From contig CAXGWS010000002.1 in NCBI GenBank assembly GCA_964013535.1, positions 42,509-106,508 of the forward strand: a stretch of 64,000 nt of DNA, written 5' to 3'. Made by a program: the position numbers and the translations under genes. Of the stretch, positions 15,190 to 25,751 are shown in pieces (the first letter of the stretch is position 1; every line of letters starts with the position of its first letter). The notes beneath the pieces are model-generated. The model ran no database searches, was not told where the DNA came from, and saw only the letters and a program-made list of their open reading frames with translations. This DNA comes from an uncultured Candidatus Poseidoniales archaeon (lineage in GTDB: Archaea; Thermoplasmatota; Poseidoniia; Poseidoniales; Poseidoniaceae).

Positions 15190-17778
15190 ATGGCAGGCAA
15201 AATAGTGTCAGTTAATGACCTAGATTTGCCACAAAAGGCACGTCGGTTTTTCACCCAAGAATGGGGGATTGAAAACCTACATCCACCTCAAGCGGAGGCC
15301 ATGGAGCCGGTTTTTTCTGGCAGTAATTCCTTGATTGCAATCCCAACTGCAAGTGGCAAATCGTTAATCGCTTATATCGCTATTTTACGCAAACTACTAC
15401 TTGATGAAATTGGCTCAAAAGCCGTCTACATAGTTCCTTTGAAAGCCCTTGCCACAGAGAAATATGAAGATTTATCCCAACTGGGGAAAGCCCTGAACCT
15501 AACTATTGGTCTTGGTATCGGAGACGCAACTTCAGAAGCAAAGAAGATTAACGAATGCGACATATTAGTCTGTACTTCGGAAAAATTAGATTCAATTATT
15601 AGAAATAGGTCAGAAGTTATGGCTAATGTTTCAATAATAATAGCCGACGAATTCCATCTGCTAAATGACGTTTCAAGAGGACCGACATTGGAGATAAACC
15701 TGACGAAACTTCGGTATCTTAGACCAACTGCCCAAATTATTGCACTCTCTGCTACAGTAGGTAATTGTGAGGAATTAGCGGCTTGGTTATCCGGGAAATT
15801 AATCATCTCCGATTGGCGTCCAGTTGCCCTCGAGTATAGTACATTCCACGATCTTCACTTAGAACCCAGGTTAGTCCAGTCATCAGCGATGTCAGCAGAA
15901 CCCAGCCAACTCAAACCACCAAGAGATTTGTCTGGCCCTAAATCTCATCCTACTTGGGTCGCGCTTAGCGATTCGATTGAACAACAAGGCCAATTATTAA
16001 TTTTCGTCGGAACAAGGAAAAGTGCAGAATCTGAAGCCCTTAAATTATCAAAGCGAGTACAAAAAAAGCTGGCAAAGGAGAATCTGCAAAAACTGGAAGA
16101 ATTCGCTATAGTTGCCAATTCTATAGAGGGTAATAGGCAGTCTGCGATGGCTGATAAATTAGTAGAATGTCTAAAAGGTGGAACTGCCTTTCACCATGCT
16201 GGATTGACCCACAAACAAAGGAAAATAATTGAAAAAGCCTTCAAAGATGGTGTAATTACATGCTTAACAGCCACGCCAACTCTTGCCGCAGGAGTTAATC
16301 TACCAGCGCGCAGAGTGTTGGTCAGGGACATAAAACGGTGGGATGACGGTATGAGTAGACCTCTACCTGTTATGGAGATTCGACAAATGCTTGGGAGAGC
16401 AGGCCGGCCAAAATACGATGATTATGGTGAAGCTTGGGTATTATGCAAAGGCACGGATGGTTGGGAAGTTGCAGATATGGTTAGTGAAAAATACTTCTTT
16501 GGTAATGTCGAGCCAATCATCTCCAAACTCGCTGGGGAACCAGCACTCAGGACTCATATTTTATCGGTAATTGCTACCGGAGGAATTCACCATCGAGGAG
16601 AAATAGGTGATTTCTTTGAAGCGACGTTCTTGGGGCATTCAACACCGAAGCACATCCTCAAAGAAAAAATCGACCAAACGATTGATTGGCTGATTGAAGA
16701 ACGCTTCATTCGAAAGTTAGGAGTCGATGAGCAATATACCATTAAACGAGCAGATTCTGTGGTCGATAAAAACGATGAATGGGATGACACAATCCCGCTT
16801 TGGGCTTCTGCGGCTAAATCGATAGCCGGAGTCGAAGTTACTGAACAATCTGGTTCAAATCCAACAACTAGATCATCGGCTTACAAACAACCTGAGTTTG
16901 GCTTTAGTCTGGCATCGAAACTCAATAATACCGGTGCATGGCAAGAAAAATCTGCCTCTAATGAAGTTGGCATGAAGTTTGAAGCAACTCCTATTGGTGA
17001 GCGAGTAACCCAACTTTATCTAGACCCATTATCAGCTTCCATAATTCGGACAGGATTGCGTAGAGCCGTAAGAAGAATAGTCAAAAATATTGGTCCAGTG
17101 ACGGAATTTGGGTTGCTTCATTTGGCAACCGCTACTCCCGATTTCACCTCATTATGGGCAAAAAACTCCGAGATGGAGGGCAATTCTAAGTTGTGGTTGA
17201 AGACTAACTCTGTTGAGGATGAATTGTTGTCTGATTCTAATTATGATGAAATGCTACTATCTAACATCAAATCTGCTTGGATGATTGAAATGTGGACTTT
17301 GGAAGATAACATACGTTCTATAGAGAAAGAATTAGATGTCAATCCAGGTGATATAAATTATCGTGTAGACATCATGGAGTGGTTGATGCATGCGTCTAGA
17401 GAAATAATTCTAACAGACGACGTATTCTCAGATGAGCATATGACACAAATCGCAGATATTGTCAAACAATTAGATATATTGAGATTAAGAGTCAGGCATG
17501 GTTGTAAAGCAGATTTACTTGCCTTGGTAAATATTCCTAATGTTGGCAGAATGAGGGCTAGGGAATTGTCAAAATTAGGGATAAGAACTCCTAGTGATGT
17601 AGCCAATATGACCAGCAGACAAATCTCTGAGGTTTTGAAAATTAGGGGCTGGGGCCCACAATTACTTGATAAGATCATTATTGAGGTAAATAAGGTGATG
17701 AAGAGGTCTTCCACCTCCGAAAAGAGAATTAGACAAGATGACATCCCTCTTGATAACGAAAGTGAAGCGGATTATTGA
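15190..17778 (+). CDS. hel308: Ski2-like DNA helicase Hel308
   Basis: PTASGKS, DEFH, LSAT, AFHHAGL, TLAAGVNLPARRV, QMLGRAGRP, RVRHG, GRMRAR; precedes cgi121 as in many archaea. Confidence 0.93.
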   Translation: MAGKIVSVNDLDLPQKARRFFTQEWGIENLHPPQAEAMEPVFSGSNSLIAIPTASGKSLIAYIAILRKLLLDEIGSKAVYIVPLKALATEKYEDLSQLGKALNLTIGLGIGDATSEAKKINECDILVCTSEKLDSIIRNRSEVMANVSIIIADEFHLLNDVSRGPTLEINLTKLRYLRPTAQIIALSATVGNCEELAAWLSGKLIISDWRPVALEYSTFHDLHLEPRLVQSSAMSAEPSQLKPPRDLSGPKSHPTWVALSDSIEQQGQLLIFVGTRKSAESEALKLSKRVQKKLAKENLQKLEEFAIVANSIEGNRQSAMADKLVECLKGGTAFHHAGLTHKQRKIIEKAFKDGVITCLTATPTLAAGVNLPARRVLVRDIKRWDDGMSRPLPVMEIRQMLGRAGRPKYDDYGEAWVLCKGTDGWEVADMVSEKYFFGNVEPIISKLAGEPALRTHILSVIATGGIHHRGEIGDFFEATFLGHSTPKHILKEKIDQTIDWLIEERFIRKLGVDEQYTIKRADSVVDKNDEWDDTIPLWASAAKSIAGVEVTEQSGSNPTTRSSAYKQPEFGFSLASKLNNTGAWQEKSASNEVGMKFEATPIGERVTQLYLDPLSASIIRTGLRRAVRRIVKNIGPVTEFGLLHLATATPDFTSLWAKNSEMEGNSKLWLKTNSVEDELLSDSNYDEMLLSNIKSAWMIEMWTLEDNIRSIEKELDVNPGDINYRVDIMEWLMHASREIILTDDVFSDEHMTQIADIVKQLDILRLRVRHGCKADLLALVNIPNVGRMRARELSKLGIRTPSDVANMTSRQISEVLKIRGWGPQLLDKIIIEVNKVMKRSSTSEKRIRQDDIPLDNESEADY

Positions 17779-17803
17779 AAAACTAAAGTTGTCAGCCTAG
17801 ATT

Positions 17804-18340
17804 ATGGAGATGCCAGATTTTCCCTGTTACAAGGTAGACATCTCAAATTGCTCCAGTGATTTGATTACGCAGTTTCTAAGTGCTAGAGAAAGCGAAAACT
17901 GGCTATTAATGGCTGAATATGCGGCATTTACGCAGCAACAATTGTGGACGGCTTGGCTACTGTCGCAAAGAGCCTTCAATCGAGGCACAGCTCTTGCAAG
18001 GTCGATTGATGCAGAATTTTTACGATACGTCGCTGGTACACATCATGTATCTGAAGCATTCAAAAAAGTTGGAATTAATCCTTCACACAAGTCGGCATGG
18101 ATAGTTTACTTGCCCCATAGTGAAAATAACGATGGTGAATTAAATCCTGATTTTGACGCAAAATCAATCGCAACCACCACAACCAAATTGTGCGAACAAC
18201 TGGGCATGTTGCAACTTTCCGGTAAGCCAGAAATAACCATTGCAGGAATAGAGAATTTGGGTTTCGACATTTCCGTGATAGATGAAAAAACAGAGGATTT
18301 AATCATCGGCTACACAATATCAACTAATCTAAATTCCTAA
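17804..18340 (+). CDS. cgi121: KEOPS complex subunit Cgi121-like protein
   Basis: ARSIDAEFLRYVAGTHHVSEAFKKVGI matches the Cgi121 core; hel308-cgi121 synteny. Confidence 0.75.
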   Translation: MEMPDFPCYKVDISNCSSDLITQFLSARESENWLLMAEYAAFTQQQLWTAWLLSQRAFNRGTALARSIDAEFLRYVAGTHHVSEAFKKVGINPSHKSAWIVYLPHSENNDGELNPDFDAKSIATTTTKLCEQLGMLQLSGKPEITIAGIENLGFDISVIDEKTEDLIIGYTISTNLNS

Positions 18341-18385
18341 TCAATCAAAAGAAGCATTCAAACACCTCAAACCACTGGGGTGTGC

Positions 18386-19828
18386 ATGGTGATTGCGAAG
18401 TCCCCCGATATAGACGTAACTGGAAGAAATCATCGGTACCTTGACATTGACAAAATAAACAACAGTCTCGACAAAGTAACCTCCGATGGAGCCAGCTACG
18501 CAGAGGTTAGATTAGTCGCTTACACAGATTACTCAGTCGCTATGCGTGATGGTAAATTGGAACGAGCGATACCCGGTCAGGAAATCGGTGCGACGATTAG
18601 AGTGCTTGCTGACGGTGCATGGGGTGTTCACTCGACAACCGATATCTCATCCCTTGAACAACAGATGAATCCAACATTAAGGTTGGCTCAGTCGGTTGCA
18701 GCAAGGCGGTCTCCTAAAGACCGAGCCATCAAGTTAGCCGAAGTGCCAATTATCGAAGATAGCATACACTGGACGCCAAAGAAAGACGTTCGTAATACTG
18801 AATTAAGCGAACGCTTGGAGCATATGAAATTGCTTGATTCATCAGCATCGGGGCACGACAATGTGGTATCTGTAACCTGTGGTTGGCATGATGAGCACAT
18901 CCATACTGAATTTTTGAGCAGTGAAGGAATGAACCGAACTTGGAGTTTTCAAAGGTCACTAATCAATGGTATGGTCACTGCGAGAGATGGCTCAGATGTA
19001 GTGTCATATCGTACAAGATTTGGCGGTGAAGGTGGCCTGGAATTAATTGAATCCTGCGATGTAAACCAATTAGGTGAAAATGCAAAAGTTTCCGCACTAA
19101 GACTACTCAAAGCCCAAAGAGCACCATCCGGTAAAATGCCACTAATCGCTGATCGAGACCTGACTGGAGTATACATTCACGAAGCCTTAGGTCATCCCTG
19201 TGAGGCAGATTTAGTTGCCGCAGGAGATTCTTGTTTGGATGGCAAATTAGGACAGAAGATAGGTAGTGATATTGTCACAGTAGTTGATGATCCAACAATT
19301 CGCAGCGGCTATGGAGCCCATCCAATCGACGATGAAGGATTGGATACCACGGAAAAATGTCTAATTAAAAATGGTGTGCTAACAGAATATCTAAACCATC
19401 GCGAAACCGCTGAACATTTTGGCATCAAACCAAATGCTGGCGCAAGAGCACAAGACGGCCTTCATCACCCCTTAGTTAGAATGTCAAATACGCTAATCCA
19501 CGGCGGAACTCACGCAGACCTTGATGAATTGGTAGAAGATATCGAATACGGCGTCTACGCCTGTGGCTCAAGAGGTGGCCAAGTTGATACTGGTCGAGGT
19601 TCATTCCAATTTGCCGCTCAAGAAGCATGGCTAATAGAGAATGGCGAAATCACAAATCCACTAAAGGATGTCAGCGTTAGTGGTCTGACGTTGCAGATTC
19701 TCAAAGATGTAGATGGTCTTACTAAAGACTCAAAATTAGCAGCCCCCGGTTTCTGTGGCAAAGGTCAAACAGTCCCAGTAGGTGATGGTGGGCCGATAAT
19801 GCGAATCAGTGAAGCCTTGGTGGGATGA
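18386..19828 (+). CDS. tldD: TldD family metalloprotease
   Basis: IHEALGHPCEAD, VDDPT, DDEG, RMSNT, CGKGQTVPVGDGGP. Confidence 0.93.
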   Translation: MVIAKSPDIDVTGRNHRYLDIDKINNSLDKVTSDGASYAEVRLVAYTDYSVAMRDGKLERAIPGQEIGATIRVLADGAWGVHSTTDISSLEQQMNPTLRLAQSVAARRSPKDRAIKLAEVPIIEDSIHWTPKKDVRNTELSERLEHMKLLDSSASGHDNVVSVTCGWHDEHIHTEFLSSEGMNRTWSFQRSLINGMVTARDGSDVVSYRTRFGGEGGLELIESCDVNQLGENAKVSALRLLKAQRAPSGKMPLIADRDLTGVYIHEALGHPCEADLVAAGDSCLDGKLGQKIGSDIVTVVDDPTIRSGYGAHPIDDEGLDTTEKCLIKNGVLTEYLNHRETAEHFGIKPNAGARAQDGLHHPLVRMSNTLIHGGTHADLDELVEDIEYGVYACGSRGGQVDTGRGSFQFAAQEAWLIENGEITNPLKDVSVSGLTLQILKDVDGLTKDSKLAAPGFCGKGQTVPVGDGGPIMRISEALVG

Positions 19829-21234
19829 ATTTGTTACCCGATAATGCTCTTGAAAGGTTACAAATGGGATGTAAATCTATTGGAGACAAATGTAATTCTC
19901 TAGGAATTAGTAGCTGGGAAATAGTTGCTAGTCAGTCTTATGGACATCAAATCGATATTGAAGGAGGCAAAATATCCTTAGCAGCTGGTGGTGGCGAAGG
20001 CGGCTATGGAATAAGAATTATTGAAGAAGGTAGATTTGGTTTTGCTTACTTGGTTGATGTTAATTCTGCTGAAACTGCGATTAACAGTGCATTATCTATC
20101 GCTAGAATGTCTCCATCAGTAGCCGGGTTTAACTTGCCAACTGAACAAGACGCAGAGAAAGTTGACGGTTTGTATGATAAATCCATAATCGAAATTGATT
20201 CTGAACACCTATTAACACAAGCAGATGCAATAATTTCGGAAGTCTCATCTCTTGACAAAAGAGCAGTAGTAACTGGTGGTGGGATTGCGGTAAGCGCAAA
20301 TGCCAGCGCAATTCTTACCAGTGAAGGAATTGAATCGGGAGGTTTGACAACCTCGCATGGCGTAGGTGTACAAGTATCTATAGACCAAAATGAACAATTA
20401 ACCTCTTCCTGGCAGAGTAGTTCAGCGCGTAATAAACTCGCAGAAATACCCGAATGTGTTGCTCGTGCAGTTGAATGGGCAAGACTAACAAGAGATCCAA
20501 TTAAAGTAGAATCTGTCAGTGATGAATCCCCAATTATCATGACCAGTGAAGGGTTCTCGCCATTATTTTCCGTCGTTGTTCCGAACGCCATCAGAGGTGA
20601 GAAACTCGCAAGAGAAGAATCATTTTGGTCAGGAAAAATGAATCAATCAGTGATGGCCCAAGATTTGAGTTTAACCGATGATGCAACAATTCAGGGCGGT
20701 AAATCATCTGGTGCAAGGGACGATGAAGGTGTTCCTACAAGAAAAAACAAATTAATAGAATCGGGAAAATTAGTTGGCTCCTTATGGTCAACAAGAGATG
20801 CTGCTCAGCAGGTTGCTGAAGGCAGAATTGAGGTGGCACAAAGCACCGGTTCAGCAATCAGGTCCGGTCATCAATCACCACCTATTTCGGGTTGTAGCAA
20901 CTTATTTTTAACCAGTAATCAAAAGGCATACAGCTTCCCTGATATGTTGGAGTTAATGGATGAGGGATACGTCGTGAACAGCGTCATGGGTGCCCATACT
21001 GCCAATCCGACGAGTGGCGATTTTTCGGTAACAACAAGTTCGATATTGCGAGTTGAAAATGGCGAAATAATTGGCCCAGTGAAGCAAGCAGGTGTCTCCG
21101 GTAATATGGCAAAGGCGCTGAATGGCAGGGTAATACTAGGTGATTCAGTAAGGCCACAAGGGTCATATTCATCCGGCACAATGTATGTTCCAAACGTCAT
21201 GCTCGCTGAAGGATTACGCGTAAATCCAGTTTGA
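19825..21234 (+). CDS. pmbA: PmbA/TldE family protein
   Basis: GRFGFA, DDEGVPT, GAHTANPTSGDFS; no HExxxH; overlaps the tldD stop. Confidence 0.88.
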   Translation: MNLLPDNALERLQMGCKSIGDKCNSLGISSWEIVASQSYGHQIDIEGGKISLAAGGGEGGYGIRIIEEGRFGFAYLVDVNSAETAINSALSIARMSPSVAGFNLPTEQDAEKVDGLYDKSIIEIDSEHLLTQADAIISEVSSLDKRAVVTGGGIAVSANASAILTSEGIESGGLTTSHGVGVQVSIDQNEQLTSSWQSSSARNKLAEIPECVARAVEWARLTRDPIKVESVSDESPIIMTSEGFSPLFSVVVPNAIRGEKLAREESFWSGKMNQSVMAQDLSLTDDATIQGGKSSGARDDEGVPTRKNKLIESGKLVGSLWSTRDAAQQVAEGRIEVAQSTGSAIRSGHQSPPISGCSNLFLTSNQKAYSFPDMLELMDEGYVVNSVMGAHTANPTSGDFSVTTSSILRVENGEIIGPVKQAGVSGNMAKALNGRVILGDSVRPQGSYSSGTMYVPNVMLAEGLRVNPV

Positions 21235-21377
21235 TTTTGCAGGGCATAATTTATTTCCTTTCGCCTACTATCTACTTCTACAGGAGGAAAAGGGAGTGTA
21301 TATTCTAAACCAAACCGCACAAGAGCCCGCAGGTATCCCAATAGATAGGGAACAAAGAACAAACCAAATCGTTAGAG

Positions 21378-23081
21378 GTGTTTTATTTGTCAGATGACAA
21401 ATATGAATCTCACATCAAAGCGGTACTGTCAGAATGTCCGGAAGCCGACACTGATGAGGTAAAAGCGGCGTTTGTAAAGTATGAAGAGGAATTTTATATT
21501 CCTCCTCAAGATGCTTTAAGGTCAATAATAAGAAGATTCCAAGGCGATAAAACACCAAAATCCTCAACCAGCTCAAATACCCAACCAAGACAAACAAAAA
21601 AGGTTGCATCGCTGTCTGAACTTAGTGGCTCAGATCGAGATGTTGAAATTGAGGTTGAAGTAATCTCTCACAACCTACGGGAGCAAACGATTAGAGGAGA
21701 GCAGAAACAGATAGCATTTGGCTTAATTGAGGATAATCCATGGGAGGAAAGTGGTACTAGAGTACGATGGGAATACAAGGATTGGGGCCCAAATTCGAAT
21801 ATTACGCCGGGTTCAGTAATTCGCATCGAAGGTGCATCGGTAAACGAATATCAAGGGCGTATGTCACTTAATATAAATCAAGGTGCTCGTATCGCGGTAT
21901 TAAGAGAAGGCACTAGACCAGTTCATCAACCCGGGGAGCCGATTGACATAGCATCGATTCCTAAGGATGGTTATATTTGCGTCGTTGGCAGAGTATTGTC
22001 ATCTAGAGAAGACCAAATACATAGGAAAGATGGTTCTGGTTCAATAGACGTTGTTAGGGGTCGAATTGCCGATGAAACAGGTACAATTGGGTTTCTTTCT
22101 TGGGAGCCGTTTAGCCATGAAGTTGGTAGTTTGATTAAGATTGATGGTGCTCAAGTTAGGACCTTTAGGGATACTCCTGAACTAAATTTTGGCAGAACGA
22201 CAAAAATAGAGTCATTCCATGATGCAAATTTTGCTGATGTTGAGAAACTAAATACTCACAGTATGAAAACCATCTCGCAATTAACTGACGGCTCAAGAGA
22301 TGTTGAAGCAGTAGTCCAAATTACTGAGTGGCAGAAAAGAAGTTTCACCAAAGATGGCGAAGAGAGATTTCTTTGGTCAGGACAAATCGCTGATCCTACC
22401 GGTCGCTGTAGGATGAGTGCTTGGCAAGAATTGCCCATTAGTGAAGCAGATTTACCGGTTACTGTCAAATTAAGTGGCGTCAGAGTTAGGGCGTGGCAAG
22501 GAATACCAGATATTACGGTAGACAAAGCAGAACAGGTTGAAATCCTAAAATCAACACCTTGGGACGAAGAAATAGATTTGGCAAATCACGTTGTTGATAT
22601 TGACCTAACTGAGATAGTAAATTCTGCAAGTAGGGTCGGTATCTCGACATCAGGTACGGTAGTTAGTATTAGAGAAGATTCTGGAATAATCCAACGCTGT
22701 GTCGACTGTCGAAGAGTGTTAAGAGATGGCGAGTGTAGTTTTGAGGGATGCGTAGGCAAGATGGAGTCTCAGCAAGATGTAAGGCTAAGGCTGGTTATCG
22801 ATAATGGAGAAGTAACTGCTTCCTTACTTATTAACAAGGATGCCGCTTTGGAGTTGTTGAATACTACTGAGGATAAGATGGCTGCTAACATCGACTCGGA
22901 AGGTAAAATGGAGTTTGTTCAATCTCTGCGTGATTATCTATTAGGCAGGAGCCTTGTTGTTAGTGGGCGGACTATAGTTGACGATCAAGGAGCCATGATT
23001 TTAGCTGATAATGCTAAACTGGAATCTGTAGATGCTGTTATGTTAGCGACAGAAGTTAGAACCAAATGGGGTGTTAACTGA
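21378..23081 (+). CDS. Replication protein A large subunit (multiple OB folds plus zinc finger)
   Basis: Repeated OB signatures (IADETGTIGFLSW, IADPTGRCRMSAW, LVIDNG); CxxC-x8-C zinc finger (CVDCRRVLRDGEC). Confidence 0.88.
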   Translation: MFYLSDDKYESHIKAVLSECPEADTDEVKAAFVKYEEEFYIPPQDALRSIIRRFQGDKTPKSSTSSNTQPRQTKKVASLSELSGSDRDVEIEVEVISHNLREQTIRGEQKQIAFGLIEDNPWEESGTRVRWEYKDWGPNSNITPGSVIRIEGASVNEYQGRMSLNINQGARIAVLREGTRPVHQPGEPIDIASIPKDGYICVVGRVLSSREDQIHRKDGSGSIDVVRGRIADETGTIGFLSWEPFSHEVGSLIKIDGAQVRTFRDTPELNFGRTTKIESFHDANFADVEKLNTHSMKTISQLTDGSRDVEAVVQITEWQKRSFTKDGEERFLWSGQIADPTGRCRMSAWQELPISEADLPVTVKLSGVRVRAWQGIPDITVDKAEQVEILKSTPWDEEIDLANHVVDIDLTEIVNSASRVGISTSGTVVSIREDSGIIQRCVDCRRVLRDGECSFEGCVGKMESQQDVRLRLVIDNGEVTASLLINKDAALELLNTTEDKMAANIDSEGKMEFVQSLRDYLLGRSLVVSGRTIVDDQGAMILADNAKLESVDAVMLATEVRTKWGVN

Positions 23082-24007
23082 TGCAATCCACTAGGTCTGT
23101 AAAGCGACAAGCAGCAACACCAATGTTTGCTTCAGAATACGGTGAATCAACACTATCAGAGAAAGGCTCTGGTGAATTCGACCCCTCATTTGTCGTGACG
23201 AAATTAGGCTCAAGGGTCAACCGAGTAATCGTAGCAGGGTTATTAGAAAGAATTGAAGGTAGAGACGTTGCTAATGGCTCAGTTATTTACCAAGGACAGT
23301 TAAGAGATCCATCTGGGATAAATTATTTCTCAGTGGGCGACTATGTTTCTGATTCAGTCAAAGAAACCACCATACAACTTTCTTCAAGACTAGAAAACGG
23401 AGAGCCAATCTTGCTGTTGATGATTGCGAAAACTAGGTTATACCAAACTGAAGAGGGAGCTATCTACACTTCCTTGAGGCCAGAAGAAATGTGCGTTATT
23501 GACGCCCAAAGATACGCCTCTTGGTTGGCAAAAACCTCCGACTCTATGATGAATAGAATGTCCAATTATATCTCTAGTTTGGATTACGAGGCTAATACGG
23601 AATCGTTGTCAAAGTCAGGAATGTCGGAACAGCAAATTTTGGGCCTAGTTTCTTCGAGAAATCACTATGGCGATGTTGACCTCGAACATTATCGATTAAA
23701 TGTGATGCAGGCTCTTGATATTGCTGAAGGAAAGTTAGACGCAGCAAGCAAGCCTGCTCCTCAACAATTACCGATTCATGAAAAACCAGCGGAGTCAAAT
23801 GATGGTGATGATAAACCAGATTTAGAAGCCGCAATTGTAGACATAATTACGAAGTTAGATCAAGGTGATGGTGTCGAATTTGAAACGGTATTAGTCAATG
23901 CAGAGGCCCGTGGATTCCAACGCTCTGTTGCTGAAGAAAAACTCGAAGAATTATCAGAAAACGGTACCGTACATGAGCCTGCATTCGGTTGGTTTAGATT
24001 AGTTTGA
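23081..24007 (+). CDS. RPA-associated subunit (Rpa2-like OB fold plus C-terminal winged helix)
   Basis: TKLGSRVNRVIVAG, RDPSG, SLRPE and terminal GTVHEP motifs; translationally coupled to RPA. Confidence 0.82.
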   Translation: MQSTRSVKRQAATPMFASEYGESTLSEKGSGEFDPSFVVTKLGSRVNRVIVAGLLERIEGRDVANGSVIYQGQLRDPSGINYFSVGDYVSDSVKETTIQLSSRLENGEPILLLMIAKTRLYQTEEGAIYTSLRPEEMCVIDAQRYASWLAKTSDSMMNRMSNYISSLDYEANTESLSKSGMSEQQILGLVSSRNHYGDVDLEHYRLNVMQALDIAEGKLDAASKPAPQQLPIHEKPAESNDGDDKPDLEAAIVDIITKLDQGDGVEFETVLVNAEARGFQRSVAEEKLEELSENGTVHEPAFGWFRLV

Positions 24008-24069
24008 GGAGAATTTTATCCCAACAACATTCAAGTCCTACATTGTCTGTGGTCGAAGCAGGTGGACTT

Positions 24070-24423
24070 ATGGCTGGAATGGATTTTTTTATTCGCCCCG
24101 CAACCGGAACAAGTAGTTCTGACTGGATAAGAATACATAATGCAGATATCAAAGTTAGATCTGCTAGAAGAATAACCAGGACGATAGTGCGTGGTCAAGA
24201 AGGTGACAACCTCCATGATGAGGGTTCAGAATCGACATTATACACTGTGTCAGGGGAGATGAAAATAGAGGAGTACAAGAAGATACTTGCAATGTATCGC
24301 TCCGGCCAACCATGCATTCACGACCCTTTTGAAGAGAGAGATGTGAAGGTAGTTTTCGCATCTATGGAATATGATGGTTCTAATGAAATGTTTACCTTTG
24401 AGTTCATTGAAGACATAGTTTGA
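24070..24423 (+). CDS. Small hypothetical protein resembling phage Mu DNA-circularisation N-domain / tail-tube-fold proteins
   Basis: RRITRTIVRGQEGDNLHDEGSESTLYTVSG...IHDPF...VKVV...FTFEFIED pattern, recognised by eye only; GGTGGA SD before ATG 24070. Confidence 0.45.
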   Translation: MAGMDFFIRPATGTSSSDWIRIHNADIKVRSARRITRTIVRGQEGDNLHDEGSESTLYTVSGEMKIEEYKKILAMYRSGQPCIHDPFEERDVKVVFASMEYDGSNEMFTFEFIEDIV

Positions 24424-24433
24424 GGGATATCAA

Positions 24434-25015
24434 TTGAGAAAATTGGACGAAAAGAAAGAAATTCTCTACGTCATCAGGACGCTAGATGTTCTAATGTCTT
24501 CTGGAGTAGGCCTTGAAGCTGCTCTTCACTCAATCGGAAAGGGGGGTTATGGTATAATCTCGAAGGATTTTTCAGCAATTATGAGTAAATTATCATCCGG
24601 CAAATCAAGAGGCTTAGAGTTTGAGATAAAAGCAATGATGAACAAGGCTGAGTCTGATGGTTACCGAAGGTTACTGAATACAATGTACACTAATTTGACT
24701 CAAAACACTGATTTGATAGAGACACTGAGAAAGCAAGGTAAGAGGATGGAGGAAGACAGAAATGAATCTGTTAACAAGTATATCGAGGATTTAGGAGGGG
24801 TTCCTGAAACATTATTATCAATCGGTATGATTGGGCCAATTATTCTTGCCATAGTCGGATTAGTTCCTCAAATTTTAGGCGATGGAGCCGAAGCAATAAT
24901 CGGTTCTATAGACCAAGGAATGATAAATTCAATTGTTAATGGTGGTTTGATGTTAACTGTCCTTGGCATGATATTAATTGGATTGAAGGCTCATACCAAA
25001 GACCCGGGGTTGTGA
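24434..25015 (+). CDS. Type II/IV secretion F-family (TadC/PilC-like) membrane platform protein
   Basis: SSGVGLEAAL...YGIISKDF motif; two TM helices. Confidence 0.8.
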   Translation: MRKLDEKKEILYVIRTLDVLMSSGVGLEAALHSIGKGGYGIISKDFSAIMSKLSSGKSRGLEFEIKAMMNKAESDGYRRLLNTMYTNLTQNTDLIETLRKQGKRMEEDRNESVNKYIEDLGGVPETLLSIGMIGPIILAIVGLVPQILGDGAEAIIGSIDQGMINSIVNGGLMLTVLGMILIGLKAHTKDPGL

Positions 25016-25016
25016 C

Positions 25017-25748
25017 ATGATATTCGATTTTATGGAATCTTTCAATGACAACATGTTTGTCTTGTTCCTATTTGTTATAGGAATAGCATGCGCAGCTGGA
25101 GGCATTCCCCCAATTATTGAAAGAAACCGTCGACGCGGTATTGAAAATCAGTTGCCTGGACTTCTAGAATCTCTATCTGATGCGGTGGGCGCTGGCCGAG
25201 GTTTGCAGGAAGCTATGCTAGAGCAAGGCAGGAATACTCCGGGAGTACTAGGAAAATTACTTACTGAAACTTTGGAAAGTAGTCACGCTTCTTCTTTCGA
25301 TGCAGCTTTATCCGCTTTTGCTTCCAAAACACGTTCTTCCCAAGTTCAACGAGTGATAGTTTTGATTGACACTGCTATACAACAAGATGCTCCACTACAA
25401 AATATCCTGTCTGACTTAGCCATGGATTATGAGAGGCTAAATGATTTAATGAACAAAAGAGAAAGTGAACTTGCAGGGCGAGGAATTCTCATCGTGTTGT
25501 TTGTCTGTATCGGGTTGCCGGTACTAATTGCCTTCATTGTCGGATTATTTGCACCGGCAAAATCGGGATACCAAATCAATGATTTCAACTCAACCTTTTC
25601 CAACTTCTTCGCAGTTGCCTCTGCCGTCGGTGCTCTTGTATCCGGGCGAATGATGGGTAGGATGCGAGATATGCTATGGTGGGTGCCGTTTTGGATGGCA
25701 ACATCAATGCTGTTGTATCTTGGCGCAGTCAAGATGATTGGAGGTTAA
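25017..25748 (+). CDS. Type II/IV secretion F-family (TadB/TadC-like) membrane protein
   Basis: IENQLPGLLESLSDAVGAGRGLQEAM; several TM helices. Confidence 0.82.
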   Translation: MIFDFMESFNDNMFVLFLFVIGIACAAGGIPPIIERNRRRGIENQLPGLLESLSDAVGAGRGLQEAMLEQGRNTPGVLGKLLTETLESSHASSFDAALSAFASKTRSSQVQRVIVLIDTAIQQDAPLQNILSDLAMDYERLNDLMNKRESELAGRGILIVLFVCIGLPVLIAFIVGLFAPAKSGYQINDFNSTFSNFFAVASAVGALVSGRMMGRMRDMLWWVPFWMATSMLLYLGAVKMIGG

Positions 25749-25751
25749 ACC

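Noticed and set aside
18386-21234. TldD/PmbA as part of a RiPP or gyrase-toxin system
   Set aside because: Widespread housekeeping pair; no precursor peptide, YcaO or toxin gene adjacent.
24070-24423. Prophage or tailocin locus
   Set aside because: Only one tentative tail-like gene; no sheath, baseplate, capsid or terminase genes nearby.
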